A DNA stretch of 43,250 bases from a virus. Its lineage: Duplodnaviria; Heunggongvirae; Uroviricota; Caudoviricetes. Shown one piece after another: positions 29,756 to 38,607 of this stretch (position 1 is its first letter; the number at the start of each line of letters is the position of its first letter). The position numbers and the translations under genes were made by a program. The notes under the pieces are model-generated. The model had not been told where the DNA came from, made no database searches, and saw only the letters and a program-made list of their open reading frames with translations. The stretch lies in the IMG/VR virus record IMGVR_UViG_2654587569_000010. One strand, 5' to 3'.

Positions 29756-30535
29756 TCACCTGTCGAAAAACACGTAGCCAGTTTTCGATACGGTGATTGC
29801 GGATGATGGTTTGGATTGTGGTTGAATGGTTTCTGGCTTCTCGTCGTTCCAGCGCTGACCGTTCAGGTAGCTCGATGGTAACAACCTGTCGAATCCGAAC
29901 TGCTTACCATTCCTGCATGCGATGTCTTCTGCCAGCATCGTGGCAAACTCGCTTGCCGTACCCCTGGTAGTTTTACGCCATTCCCTGAACTGTGTTCTGA
30001 ATGCTGAAGCTGCGTTTTTCTTCCCGGCTTTCCGCATGCCTGCACACCAGAATATTTCCTCGAATGCCTTGTCGGTTTCTTCGTGACGGTCAGGAGTTTT
30101 TTCACACTCCGTTCGGACATGTTCGAACATAATGTTTTTAGGTTTATTGACTGGTTCAAAAGAGTGATAGGTTCTGGGGGCAGCTCCTGCCCCACCCCCT
30201 AGGGCAGCTCCTGCCCCACCCCCTAGGGCAGCTCCTGCCCCACCTGATTCTGGTTGGATTTGTTGTGCATTATCCAGCGTCAGATAAAAAACGTTTGACT
30301 GGTTAAGCTCTCCTTTTCTTCTGAATTCCCTTTTCAAAAGCCCCATCTCTTCCAGTGCCCTAATGTGACTTTTTACTGTCGATCTGCTCACCTCACACTG
30401 GTCAGCGACATGTTGATATGAAGGCCAGCATTCGCCATTATCATTGGCGTTATCGGCAAGTTTAATCAGAACCAGTTTTCTCAGTGGGTTGCCAACCTTT
30501 ATATTCATGGCCTTAGCCATAAGATTCATGCTCAT
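29756..30535 (-). CDS. replication initiator (O-like, N-terminal winged-helix DNA-binding domain)
   Basis: 259 aa; N-terminal KLVLIKLADNANDNGECWPSYQHVADQCEVSRSTVKSHIRALEEMGLL initiator HTH; internal Gly/Ala repeat. Confidence 0.7.
   Translation of the reverse strand: MSMNLMAKAMNIKVGNPLRKLVLIKLADNANDNGECWPSYQHVADQCEVSRSTVKSHIRALEEMGLLKREFRRKGELNQSNVFYLTLDNAQQIQPESGGAGAALGGGAGAALGGGAGAAPRTYHSFEPVNKPKNIMFEHVRTECEKTPDRHEETDKAFEEIFWCAGMRKAGKKNAASAFRTQFREWRKTTRGTASEFATMLAEDIACRNGKQFGFDRLLPSSYLNGQRWNDEKPETIQPQSKPSSAITVSKTGYVFFDR
30181..30244. repeat. 24-bp perfect tandem repeat (about 2.7 copies) inside the initiator gene
   Basis: Unit CAGCTCCTGCCCCACCCCCTAGGG at 30181..30204 and 30205..30228 plus 16-nt partial copy; encodes GGAGAAL repeats. 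Confidence 0.85.
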
Positions 30536-30697
30536 TTTGACTTCTCCGAAGTTTTGTACCTGTTAAGTATTTCTCTCAGTGGCACAGCTATTGCTGGATT
30601 AACCCCCTGATAAAACTGGTCACGTAGCACATCTTTTCGGTGATTAACGCGTTTATTTTCCTGCGTTTTTCGCATATAATTACCTCGTTGGATGTTG

Positions 30698-30997
30698 TTA
30701 AAATTCCATCTGGATTTGTTCATAACGCTCGGTCTTGCACACCGGGCGTTTTTTATTGGTGAGTCCATCAAGCGCATACTTAAAAGCCCTGCTAATTGGA
30801 CTGATGTCTGATGCCATTCCAAAAGCACACAAGACCGAAGCAATAAATCTCCAGTCCGTTCTGCTTATCTTCGATTCATGACAGCCAATCATCTTTGCCA
30901 GACCGCGCTGGGTAAGCGTTGACAGGTTGATGAGTAAATCTGTTTCTGCGCGATCAACGTCGCTCTGTGATAGTTTGCTGTAACTTGTTTGTTCCAT
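30698..30997 (-). CDS. cII: CII-like transcriptional activator
   Basis: C-terminus LTNKKRPVCKTERYEQIQMEF parallels lambda CII; HTH in middle. Confidence 0.8.
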   Translation of the reverse strand: MEQTSYSKLSQSDVDRAETDLLINLSTLTQRGLAKMIGCHESKISRTDWRFIASVLCAFGMASDISPISRAFKYALDGLTNKKRPVCKTERYEQIQMEF

Positions 30998-31061
30998 TTC
31001 TTACTATTTCCATAGGTAAATAATCACTAATACTCATCTTTCGATGAGTGATTAATTAGTT

Positions 31062-31096
31062 ACCGCGTTGTCGGCGGTGCAGATTGATAAAGAGCG
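31062..31096 (-). promoter_or_regulatory. nutR-like site (boxA + boxB)
   Basis: Minus strand boxA CGCTCTTTA and boxB hairpin ACCGC-CGACAA-GCGGT, between cro and cII. Confidence 0.6.
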
Positions 31097-31106
31097 GATC
31101 CGCTTA

Positions 31107-31322
31107 TTAAGCGGCTTTGTGTTCCGGTGGGAACACGTCATCAAGACTGACTTTTGCGCCTAACTTGTTTAGGCACGCAACAAGAGCACGGCATGTTTTA
31201 AGGTCTGGGAAGCGACGACCAGATTCCCAATGTCCGATAGCTCCCTGTGTGCATCCAACCGCCTTAGCAAGTGTTGTTTGAGAGATATTCAGTGACTCTC
31301 GATATTTTCGTAGGTTGCTCAT
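31107..31322 (-). CDS. cro: Cro-like HTH repressor
   Basis: Track ORF trimmed to ATG with GGAGG SD; 71 aa with HTH ISQTTLAKAVGCTQGAIGHWESG. Confidence 0.8.
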   Translation of the reverse strand: MSNLRKYRESLNISQTTLAKAVGCTQGAIGHWESGRRFPDLKTCRALVACLNKLGAKVSLDDVFPPEHKAA

Positions 31323-31348
31323 ATGCCCTCCATAGTAACCATGAAACA

Positions 31349-31377
31349 ATAATACGACATGTACTTTTGGAATGCAA
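31349..31377 (-). promoter_or_regulatory. PR-like promoter for cro
   Basis: Minus strand -35 TTGCAT, 17-nt spacer, -10 TATTAT upstream of cro SD. Confidence 0.45.
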
Positions 31378-31439
31378 ACAAAAAATACATCTTGTGCATG
31401 GATGGTTTTAGTACAGAGCGTAATAATAAGGATATGAAA

Positions 31440-32093
31440 ATGAAATGGTATGAACTGGCTAGATCCAGAATGAAAGAACTCGGCATAACTCAAGAGAAGT
31501 TAGCTGAAGAGCTTGGTATGACGCAGGGTGGAATTGGTCACTGGTTGCGCGGATCTCGTCATCCATCTCTTGACGAGATTGGTGTGGTGTTTAAATACCT
31601 TGGTATTGATAACGTCTCATTCAACCACGACGGTACATTTTCACCTGTTGGCGAATACTCATCTGCCCCCGTTAAAAAACAATATGAGTACCCTGTTTTT
31701 TCTCATGTTCAGGCCGGGATGTTCTCGCCTGAGCTTAGAACCTTTACCAAAGGCGATGCGGAGAGATGGGTCAGCACAACCAAAAAAGCCAGTGATTGTG
31801 CGTTTTGGCTTGAAGTTGAAGGTAATTCCATGACCGCACCAACAGGATCCAAGCCAAGCTTTCCTGACGGGATGTTAATTCTCGTTGACCCTGAGCAGGC
31901 TGTTGAGCCAGGTGATTTCTGCATAGCCAGACTTGGTGGTGACGAGTTTACCTTCAAGAAACTGATCAGGGATAGCGGTCAGGTGTTCCTACAACCACTA
32001 AACCCGCAATATCCAATGATCCCATGCAATGATAGCTGTTCCGTAGTAGGGAAAGTTATCGCCAGCCAGTGGCCTGAAGAGACATTTAGTTAA
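31440..32093 (+). CDS. cI: CI-type prophage repressor (HTH + S24 LexA-like autopeptidase)
   Basis: C-terminal [13 protein letters not shown]...GMLILVDPE...FKKL...[11 protein letters not shown] matches P22 C2 / lambda CI; start chosen at ATG 31440 with AAGGA SD. Confidence 0.85.
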   Translation: MKWYELARSRMKELGITQEKLAEELGMTQGGIGHWLRGSRHPSLDEIGVVFKYLGIDNVSFNHDGTFSPVGEYSSAPVKKQYEYPVFSHVQAGMFSPELRTFTKGDAERWVSTTKKASDCAFWLEVEGNSMTAPTGSKPSFPDGMLILVDPEQAVEPGDFCIARLGGDEFTFKKLIRDSGQVFLQPLNPQYPMIPCNDSCSVVGKVIASQWPEETFS

Positions 32094-32125
32094 CAGCCTC
32101 ACCACTCTAAAACACACAACAATAA

Positions 32126-32153
32126 CCCGACCTTAGCGTCGGGTTTTCTTTTT
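32126..32153 (+). terminator. rho-independent terminator after cI
   Basis: CCCGAC-CTTAGC-GTCGGG hairpin followed by TTTTCTTTTT. Confidence 0.5.
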
Positions 32154-32218
32154 CCAAAATATAAATCAATAAAATACAAAGTGTTATAAAAAACTAACCG
32201 CATTTAGAACATTTTGTA

Positions 32219-32247
32219 TTGACTCAATAAAGCACACATCGTACTAT
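32219..32247 (+). promoter_or_regulatory. PL-like promoter
   Basis: -35 TTGACT, 17-nt spacer, -10 TACTAT; 11-bp near-palindrome ATTGACTCAAT overlaps -35. Confidence 0.45.
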
Positions 32248-32292
32248 TTAGCCATCAGCAGGAAGCTGGAAGCCAAACGGAACAGATTGGCA

Positions 32293-32327
32293 GGCTCTTT
32301 AACTTCGATGGGGCGCTGACAAAGCGC
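32293..32327 (+). promoter_or_regulatory. nutL-like site (boxA + boxB)
   Basis: boxA GGCTCTTTA and boxB GCGCTGACAAAGCGC hairpin upstream of N. Confidence 0.65.
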
Positions 32328-32446
32328 AAACAGATACCAAACGAGATGGGTTTGGCGGTGATGTGAATTGCAGCTGCAACGACAGCAACCAGAAGATCAG
32401 CACCTGGCGCATCACCACCAAAGCCATTTCACATGAGGAAAACATC

Positions 32447-32755
32447 ATGACGGTAATCGTGTACGGAAAATCAACATTTGCAGGAAATGCCAAAACTCGC
32501 CGTCATGAGCGGCGCAGAAAGCTGGCTATCGAGCGTGATTCCATCTGCAACATCATCGATTCGATCTTCGGCACAGACAGTGAGGAAGCTGTTCAGGAAG
32601 AACCGAGAAAGCGTTTAAGTCTTTCTGAAAAAGCAATATCACTCGGCATCATCAGTAAATCAAATACAGATGCGAATGGCGGAAGCGTTTGTTTGCCTGA
32701 AGTTGCACTGTATGCTGCTGGTTACAGGTCAATGAAATCAATTACGGCGAGATAG
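32447..32755 (+). CDS. N: N-type antiterminator (P22 gene 24-like)
   Basis: MTVIVYGKSTFAGNAKTRRHERRRKLAIERD arginine-rich motif matches P22 gp24; GAGGA SD. Confidence 0.85.
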   Translation: MTVIVYGKSTFAGNAKTRRHERRRKLAIERDSICNIIDSIFGTDSEEAVQEEPRKRLSLSEKAISLGIISKSNTDANGGSVCLPEVALYAAGYRSMKSITAR

Positions 32756-32757
32756 AA

Positions 32758-33024
32758 ATGACTAGCAAACAAGTATCATATAAATGCTATTGCCCTTTAT
32801 GTGGAAGAAAATTCAGCGCCAAGGCAGCATGGAAGCATATCAATGATTATCATCCAAAAGCATCAGAACGTGAGTTGATGATGATAAGAGATGTAAAACG
32901 AGAAAAAATTTCTTTCGCAACAAAGCCACTAAACGCCAACAAAAACGCAATATTGTATCAAATGCATCGTTCAAGTGGTCCAGATTATTCTGGAGGGCTT
33001 CCATCTCTTGGAAAGAAAAAATAA
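32758..33024 (+). CDS. small zinc-finger protein, hypothetical
   Basis: CPLCGRKFSAKAAWKHINDYH is a C2H2-like CxxC...HxxxxH pattern. Confidence 0.45.
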   Translation: MTSKQVSYKCYCPLCGRKFSAKAAWKHINDYHPKASERELMMIRDVKREKISFATKPLNANKNAILYQMHRSSGPDYSGGLPSLGKKK

Positions 33025-33160
33025 CCACGCTCACGCTGGTTTTTAATGACATAAATAACCGTATTTACTACCGCAAGCCACGCAGTGAAATGGGTGTGAC
33101 TTGTGTTGGTCGCCAGAAAATGAAATTAGGCAGCAAACCACTTATTTGAGAGGAATTAAT

Positions 33161-33784
33161 ATGTCATCAATCCGCTTAACTACGAGAATGAAAGAGGAAA
33201 TCGCTCGTAACGCTTTAATTAAGTCTGGGGTTTTCACTGAACTTGAAGAAGTAACAAAGTTAAAGAACCAGCTTGCACTTGACGCCAGAGTTATTGCGTT
33301 TGGCGGGAAAAAGAAAACCGAAGAAGTGGACCAGCTGGCATCAAAGTTAATGGCTGCAAGTGAGGAACTTCAAAAGCTTGGATGTTCATTTTACTCATGC
33401 GATGTCAGTTCAAGTTCGATTTATCTGACTGTATCTGGAAGAAGGGTTGGCTGGCATTCATACGGAAAAGACGGCAACGGTGAAGATATATTGCTCCCTA
33501 CCCCCGACAAAGATAAATGCATGTTTGACGCAGAACACAAAATAACAAAAAGGTTTGATGAAATCTGCGCATTGCAACAAAAACTTGAAGCCAGGAAAAA
33601 GGATATCGAATCAAATGTATGGGCTGCTTTGAACTCAGTCACAACAGTTAAGCGACTTATTGAGGTCTGGCCTGAAAGCAAAGAGTTGCTACCAAAAGAA
33701 GCAGATAAAGCAAGTGCAGCACTTCCTGCTTTACGGGTAGAAGATTTGAATAAGATGATTGGACTTCCTTCCGAGGCCGCATAG
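33161..33784 (+). CDS. hypothetical protein (207 aa)
   Basis: Track ORF trimmed to ATG with GAGAGGA SD. Confidence 0.5.
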   Translation: MSSIRLTTRMKEEIARNALIKSGVFTELEEVTKLKNQLALDARVIAFGGKKKTEEVDQLASKLMAASEELQKLGCSFYSCDVSSSSIYLTVSGRRVGWHSYGKDGNGEDILLPTPDKDKCMFDAEHKITKRFDEICALQQKLEARKKDIESNVWAALNSVTTVKRLIEVWPESKELLPKEADKASAALPALRVEDLNKMIGLPSEAA

Positions 33785-33956
33785 TCGGCCTTTATTTTTG
33801 GCACAAACAACAGAATAAACACTGCACTGTGTATTCATTCCAACGAGTGAATACACGGAGCAATGTCGCTCGTAACTAAACAGGAGCCGACTTGTTCTGA
33901 TTATTGGAAATCTTCTTTGCCCTCCAATGTGAGGGCAATTTTTTGACGGAGGATAT

Positions 33957-34925
33957 ATGAGTGAAGTAACAGATTTAGTTGTTATTGAAAAAGCAAATGC
34001 AATGACTGTATTTCAGTCTGCCGACCAGATTGAAGAAATCCTTCAAAAGGTTGAACGTGAAGTTATGTCCTTTGTGCCTGATATCACAACGGCAAAGGGC
34101 AGAAAGGAGATCGCTTCTCTGGCGTATAAAGTTGCGCAGACGAAAACATATCTCGATGGTCTTGGCAAAGACCTTGTTGCTGAACTGAAGGAAATTCCAA
34201 AGCTAATTGATGCTAACCGCAAGACAGTGCGCGATCGCCTTGATGAACTGAAAACCAAGGCGCGCCAGCCTCTTACTGATTATGAGGAAGAACAGGCGCG
34301 GATTAAAGCCGAAGAAGAAGCTAAGGCAGCAGCTGAAGCTCTCGCAAAGCAAATTGAGTATGACCATGAAATAGCTATTTTGATGGATCGCGAATTTGAC
34401 CGCCAAAGAGAAGAGGCAAGACTCAAAGCGGAGCAGGAAAAGCGAGAGCATGAAGAACGATTAAAAAGAGAAGCTAAAGAGAAAGCCAGAGCAGAAGCCG
34501 AAGCAAAGGCAAAAGCCGAAATTGAAGCAGCAGCAAGGCGAGAAGCAGAAGCTAAGGCCGCAGCGGAACGTGCAGAGCGTGAACGCATTGAAGCCGAGCA
34601 ACGAGCACAGCGCGAAGCAAAAGAGGCAGCAGAACGAGCTGAAAGAGAAAAGCAGGCAGCAATTGAAGCAGAACGCAGAAAAGCACATGAGGAGGCTGAA
34701 CGAATCCGTCGCGAGGCTGAAGCAAAAGAGCAAGCCAGAATAGCAGAAGAAAAAAGAATCAAGGACGAAGAAGAGCGTAGAGCAAAGGATAAAGCTCACC
34801 GGAAAGAAGTAAATAACAAAATACTTGCTGACCTTATCAAGGTTGGTGCATCAGAAGATGTTGCTAAAAATATCATAACAGCCATCGTAAAAGGCGAAGT
34901 ATTCGCAACAAAAATAACCTACTAA
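33957..34925 (+). CDS. protein with globular N-terminus and long Glu/Ala/Lys/Arg-rich coiled coil
   Basis: 322 aa; central region is EAKAAAE/RAEAEAKAKAE-type low-complexity helix; GGAGGA SD. Confidence 0.6.
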   Translation: MSEVTDLVVIEKANAMTVFQSADQIEEILQKVEREVMSFVPDITTAKGRKEIASLAYKVAQTKTYLDGLGKDLVAELKEIPKLIDANRKTVRDRLDELKTKARQPLTDYEEEQARIKAEEEAKAAAEALAKQIEYDHEIAILMDREFDRQREEARLKAEQEKREHEERLKREAKEKARAEAEAKAKAEIEAAARREAEAKAAAERAERERIEAEQRAQREAKEAAERAEREKQAAIEAERRKAHEEAERIRREAEAKEQARIAEEKRIKDEEERRAKDKAHRKEVNNKILADLIKVGASEDVAKNIITAIVKGEVFATKITY

Positions 34926-34949
34926 TAAAACCAACATAAGGAACCACCC

Positions 34950-35081
34950 ATGATTTACGCAATCGCGGGAGGCGCTCGCATGGGTGCCTTCCAATTAAAT
35001 GAATCTTTACTTGAACGAATCACCCGTAAATTACGTGACGGATGGAAAAGAGTTGAGGTCTTATTATGCGCAATGAAATAG
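34950..35081 (+). CDS. cIII: CIII-like protease inhibitor (43 aa); not in ORF track
   Basis: Hand translation MIYAIAGGARMGAFQLNESLLERITRKLRDGWKR parallels lambda CIII core SLLERITRKLRDGWKR; AAGGAA SD. Confidence 0.6.
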   Translation: MIYAIAGGARMGAFQLNESLLERITRKLRDGWKRVEVLLCAMK

Positions 35082-35218
35082 CCATTAATCACCAGATGCT
35101 TCGTGCGGCACAAAACAAAGCAGTAATAGCCAGATTTATTGGTGATTCCAAAATGTGGCTTGAAGCAAATAAAGCGATGAAATCAGCTATCAACCTTCCG
35201 TGGTATCGCAGGAAATGA
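35066..35218 (+). CDS. Kil-like small protein (50 aa); not in ORF track
   Basis: Hand translation MRNEIAINHQMLRAAQNKAVIARFIGDSKMW...; FIGD.KM motif recalled from lambda Kil; overlaps cIII end. Confidence 0.35.
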   Translation: MRNEIAINHQMLRAAQNKAVIARFIGDSKMWLEANKAMKSAINLPWYRRK

Positions 35219-35293
35219 GTTTCACAGATAACTGGTCAGACGAAGAATTCATTCGTCAGATGAAAGAATTAATCGGTAACGAAGGAGATATTC

Positions 35294-35464
35294 ATGTCAC
35301 TTGCAACCACAGTGAAGGAAAGCAAGTTACAGAGACGCATGTACACGCAGCAGGCGTTAATGTATCGCCAGAAGGGAGATCGTGAAGGTGTTCGCGTATT
35401 TTTAAATGCGGCAAAGACTGAAGTATTAAATCAGCGTTATTTCCTTGGGCCGTGTCCATTCTGA
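35294..35464 (+). CDS. small hypothetical protein (56 aa) in arf position; not in ORF track
   Basis: GGAG SD 7 nt upstream of ATG; competes with overlapping track ORF 35200..35385, only one is likely real. Confidence 0.3.
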   Translation: MSLATTVKESKLQRRMYTQQALMYRQKGDREGVRVFLNAAKTEVLNQRYFLGPCPF

Positions 35465-35474
35465 GAACAATCAT

Positions 35475-36080
35475 ATGAGCAAAGAATTTTACGCAAGACT
35501 GGCAGCTATTCAGGAGAATCTGAATGCGCCAAAGAATCAGTACAACTCATTCGGTAAATATAAATACAGAAGCTGCGAAGACATTCTTGAAGGCGTTAAG
35601 CCGTTACTGAATGGCCTGTTTTTATCAATCAGCGATGAAGTTGTGTTGATTGGTGATCGGTATTATGTGAAAGCCACGGCAACTATTACCGATGGCGAAA
35701 ACAGTCATACGGCAACCGCTCTTGCACGAGAGGAAGAAAGCAAGAAAGGAATGGATTCTGCACAAGTTACGGGAGCTACAAGCTCTTATGCACGCAAGTA
35801 TTGCCTCAATGGTTTGTTCGGCATTGATGATGCGAAAGATGCAGATACCGACGAGCATAAACATCAGCAGAACGCAGCAGCAAAGCAATCAAAACCATCA
35901 CCTACACCTGAACAGGTTCTAAAAGCATTCACTGACGCAGCAATGCAGAAAAACACCGTAGAAGAGCTTAAACAGGCGTTCGCCAAAGCGTGGAAGATGC
36001 TCGAAGGCACACCGGAGCAGCACAAAGCGCAGGACGTTTACAACATCAGACGAGACGAATTAGAAGGAGCGGCTGCTTAA
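35475..36080 (+). CDS. erf: Erf single-strand annealing recombinase
   Basis: MSKEFYARLAAIQENLNAPKNQYNSFGKYKYRSCEDILEGVKPLL matches P22 Erf. Confidence 0.9.
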   Translation: MSKEFYARLAAIQENLNAPKNQYNSFGKYKYRSCEDILEGVKPLLNGLFLSISDEVVLIGDRYYVKATATITDGENSHTATALAREEESKKGMDSAQVTGATSSYARKYCLNGLFGIDDAKDADTDEHKHQQNAAAKQSKPSPTPEQVLKAFTDAAMQKNTVEELKQAFAKAWKMLEGTPEQHKAQDVYNIRRDELEGAAA

Positions 36081-36463
36081 TGGCACATTCGATTACTGTA
36101 AGACTAAACAAGCCCGCAAGAGAGTTTCAGGCCGGGGAAAATATCGGATTCAACATCCGTGCTGGCGTTCAGTATTACGATCGCCAGACAAAAAAGAAAG
36201 AATGGACAAACTACAGCGCCGTTGTATTTGCCAAGCCGGGAGCGCAAGCGGATTACTACCGTAGTGTTCTTGTTGAAGGTGGCATTGCTGAAATTACCGG
36301 AGAAAACATCAGGGTTGATGTTTATCAGGGGCAAAATGGTCAATCAATCACTCTTGAATTACTGAATGCAAAGATTGGATTTGCAACTTCAGGAAACAGC
36401 CAACAGCAACAAAGTAGCAATCATCAAAATCATCCTGAACACGACGATTCAATTCCCTTCTAA
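36080..36463 (+). CDS. SSB-like protein with C-terminal DDSIPF tail
   Basis: Track ORF trimmed to ATG overlapping erf stop; Gln-rich linker and C-terminal EHDDSIPF mimic the bacterial SSB tail (DDDIPF). Confidence 0.5.
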   Translation: MAHSITVRLNKPAREFQAGENIGFNIRAGVQYYDRQTKKKEWTNYSAVVFAKPGAQADYYRSVLVEGGIAEITGENIRVDVYQGQNGQSITLELLNAKIGFATSGNSQQQQSSNHQNHPEHDDSIPF

Positions 36464-36486
36464 ATTAGCAACATAAGGATTTAATC

Positions 36487-36783
36487 ATGCCAGTGCCTCT
36501 GTATGGTGTGGATGACCCGCGCCGCTGTTCCGGCAATTCCGTATCGGAGGTGCTGGATAAATTCAGAAAAAACTACGATCGGATAATGTCGCTACCGCAG
36601 GAAACGAAAGAGGAAAAGGAATTTCGCCACTGTATATGGCTTGCAGAGAAAGAAGAACGCGAGCGAATTTACCAGACATCAATCCGACCATTCCGCAAAG
36701 CCACATATACCCACTTCCCTGAATATATCGACCCGCGCCTGCGTAATTACCGCTCACGCTATGGCGCTATCAGTAATGACTGA
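36487..36783 (+). CDS. hypothetical protein (98 aa)
   Basis: ORF track. Confidence 0.4.
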   Translation: MPVPLYGVDDPRRCSGNSVSEVLDKFRKNYDRIMSLPQETKEEKEFRHCIWLAEKEERERIYQTSIRPFRKATYTHFPEYIDPRLRNYRSRYGAISND

Positions 36784-36793
36784 GGAATTTACC

Positions 36794-36958
36794 ATGAGAG
36801 GACTTGCATACAATCCCGGCATTCTTCCGGCAGAAATGATTATTCGCCAACGAGTAAAGCCAATGCCATCGAGAGAGGGATTGCTTAAGAGAAATTCTTT
36901 TCCATCAGTGAATCAAAACAAATATCTGAATGCGATGTGGCGGAGTGGGAAAAAATGA
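36794..36958 (+). CDS. hypothetical small protein (54 aa)
   Basis: Internal ATG of track ORF 36641..36958 with GAGGAA SD. Confidence 0.3.
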   Translation: MRGLAYNPGILPAEMIIRQRVKPMPSREGLLKRNSFPSVNQNKYLNAMWRSGKK

Positions 36959-37386
36959 AACAAATGACACTAATTGAGATGGATGGATTTCTGAAAGGTA
37001 AATGCATCCCATGTGATTTAAAGGTTAACGAAACAAACGCTGAATATCTTGTGCGTAAGTTCGGTGAACTTGAATCAAAACTAGAAACGGCGTTGCGGGA
37101 GTGTAGTTCTGCTGGAATCACGATTGATAACCTTGAGGCCAAGTGCGCGAAGATGGCTGCTGAAAATACCTCGCTTAAGCAATCTGAGAAGGAATTTAAT
37201 GACTTTTGTCGTGAGGAGTTTAGCGAATGGGAAGATGATGTTACTGAAACCCCAGCCACCGATGCTTTCCTGGCTGAAATTCGTGCGCAGGGCGTGGAGA
37301 TGTTTGCGGAGTGTGCATACACACTTGAACATCATGATCACGCAGTAGCCTTCGCCGCTGAGCTTCGCAAAGGAGGCAACCAGTGA
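36955..37386 (+). CDS. hypothetical protein (143 aa)
   Basis: Track ORF trimmed to ATG overlapping upstream stop (ATGA). Confidence 0.45.
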   Translation: MKQMTLIEMDGFLKGKCIPCDLKVNETNAEYLVRKFGELESKLETALRECSSAGITIDNLEAKCAKMAAENTSLKQSEKEFNDFCREEFSEWEDDVTETPATDAFLAEIRAQGVEMFAECAYTLEHHDHAVAFAAELRKGGNQ

Positions 37387-38090
37387 GCGAAATTAATTAC
37401 CAGGCACTGCGTGAGGTGGCGGAACGTGCAATTCCAGCAATGGAACGCCTGTTAATGTTGCCAGCTGATGATGACTTGTTAAGTGAACAGGAACTTAAAG
37501 ATTACGGTGTGGATATTGATGCGCTCAACGCCTTCAAATTTCTGACCGGACCAGAAACCGTGCTGGCACTGCTGGATGAACGGGAAAGAAACCTGCAATA
37601 CATCAAAAGCCGCGATCAGGAGAACGAGGATATTGCGCTAACGGTAGGGAAGCTGAGAGTTGAGCTTGAAGCAGCAGAGAACAACCTTATTGATAGCGAA
37701 TGCCATGTTGCTGAACTGGAAGAAGCGCTACGCGATAAGCAGGCGTTACTTGAAGCCTCAGAAAAGCGCAACGCAAAATTACAAAGCGAGAATGCATACA
37801 TCCGCAACCGGTACAAAGAACTGGACCTGTTAATCGGGAAAAACATTCTGGTCATGCAGGCTGCCATTATCGAATGGCAGGCAACTGGCGACGCTAAGAG
37901 CGGACTGGCATGGATTTATAACACACTGTTTGGCCCAGGCGAATTGCCGGACGAATCTGAGAAAGATGCTCAGGCCTACTTTAATCGCAAATATGCACCG
38001 ATTGACGAAAAGCTTATGGAGCTTCACAAGTGGTTTTGGGAACAAAGCGAAGCCGAGCGCGCCGCAGGCATTCGCATCAAAGGAGAGTGA
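37383..38090 (+). CDS. Ea22-like family protein
   Basis: GTG start with GGAGG SD; coiled-coil protein resembling Ea22-like proteins of enterobacterial prophage early regions. Confidence 0.5.
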   Translation: MSEINYQALREVAERAIPAMERLLMLPADDDLLSEQELKDYGVDIDALNAFKFLTGPETVLALLDERERNLQYIKSRDQENEDIALTVGKLRVELEAAENNLIDSECHVAELEEALRDKQALLEASEKRNAKLQSENAYIRNRYKELDLLIGKNILVMQAAIIEWQATGDAKSGLAWIYNTLFGPGELPDESEKDAQAYFNRKYAPIDEKLMELHKWFWEQSEAERAAGIRIKGE

Positions 38091-38091
38091 T

Positions 38092-38607
38092 ATGGCGTTA
38101 ACACACCGCGAACTCTGTCAGATTGCGTACAAGTTCCTTAAGCGCAACGGGTTCAAGGTTTGCTTTCATGACCGCTTTATAGCTGTAACCAGTACCGGAG
38201 AGCAGCCAGATGCTATGGGATTCAGAAATTCAGCATCATGCCTGATAGAGGCGAAGTGTTCTCGTGCTGACTTGTTGGCAGATAGAAAAAAGCGTTTTCG
38301 TAAAAATCCGTCTCTTGGAATGGGCGACTGGCGATTCTTTATTAGTGAGCCGGGAATTATTTCAGTTGAGGATTTACCTCCTGGCTGGGGATTACTTCAC
38401 GTTGTTAACGGAAGAGTTCGGAAAGTACATGGATGGCCCAGGGGTAATTGCTGTTGGGGTAATCCTGACGATAAGCCATTTACCGGGAATAAGCAGGTTG
38501 AATGCGATTACATGTTATCTGCATTAAGGCGGATGGAGTTGAGAGGGCACCTTAATGAAATATATGACGGTGTAATTGTTAATAAGAAAGAAGGAAACGC
38601 GGCATGA
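38092..38607 (+). CDS. hypothetical protein with PD-(D/E)xK nuclease-like motif
   Basis: Track ORF trimmed to ATG with GGAGAG SD; QPDAMGF...CLIEAKCS fits D...E.K nuclease-fold spacing. Confidence 0.4.
   Translation: MALTHRELCQIAYKFLKRNGFKVCFHDRFIAVTSTGEQPDAMGFRNSASCLIEAKCSRADLLADRKKRFRKNPSLGMGDWRFFISEPGIISVEDLPPGWGLLHVVNGRVRKVHGWPRGNCCWGNPDDKPFTGNKQVECDYMLSALRRMELRGHLNEIYDGVIVNKKEGNAA

Noticed and set aside
30532-30843. 103-aa ORF overlapping the cII 3' end
   Set aside because: Mostly an alternative frame of cII; at most a short 47-aa ORF (30532..30675) downstream of cII could be real, and I could not support it beyond an SD.
34043-34799. Several antisense ORFs (71-160 aa, Ser/Ala/Cys/Phe-rich) within the coiled-coil gene
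   Set aside because: Low-complexity translations of the repetitive GAA/GCA-rich coding strand; no start signals.
35200-35385. 61-aa track ORF upstream of erf
   Set aside because: Overlaps a competing 56-aa ORF (35294..35464) with a better SD; both cannot be resolved from sequence, so neither is called with confidence.
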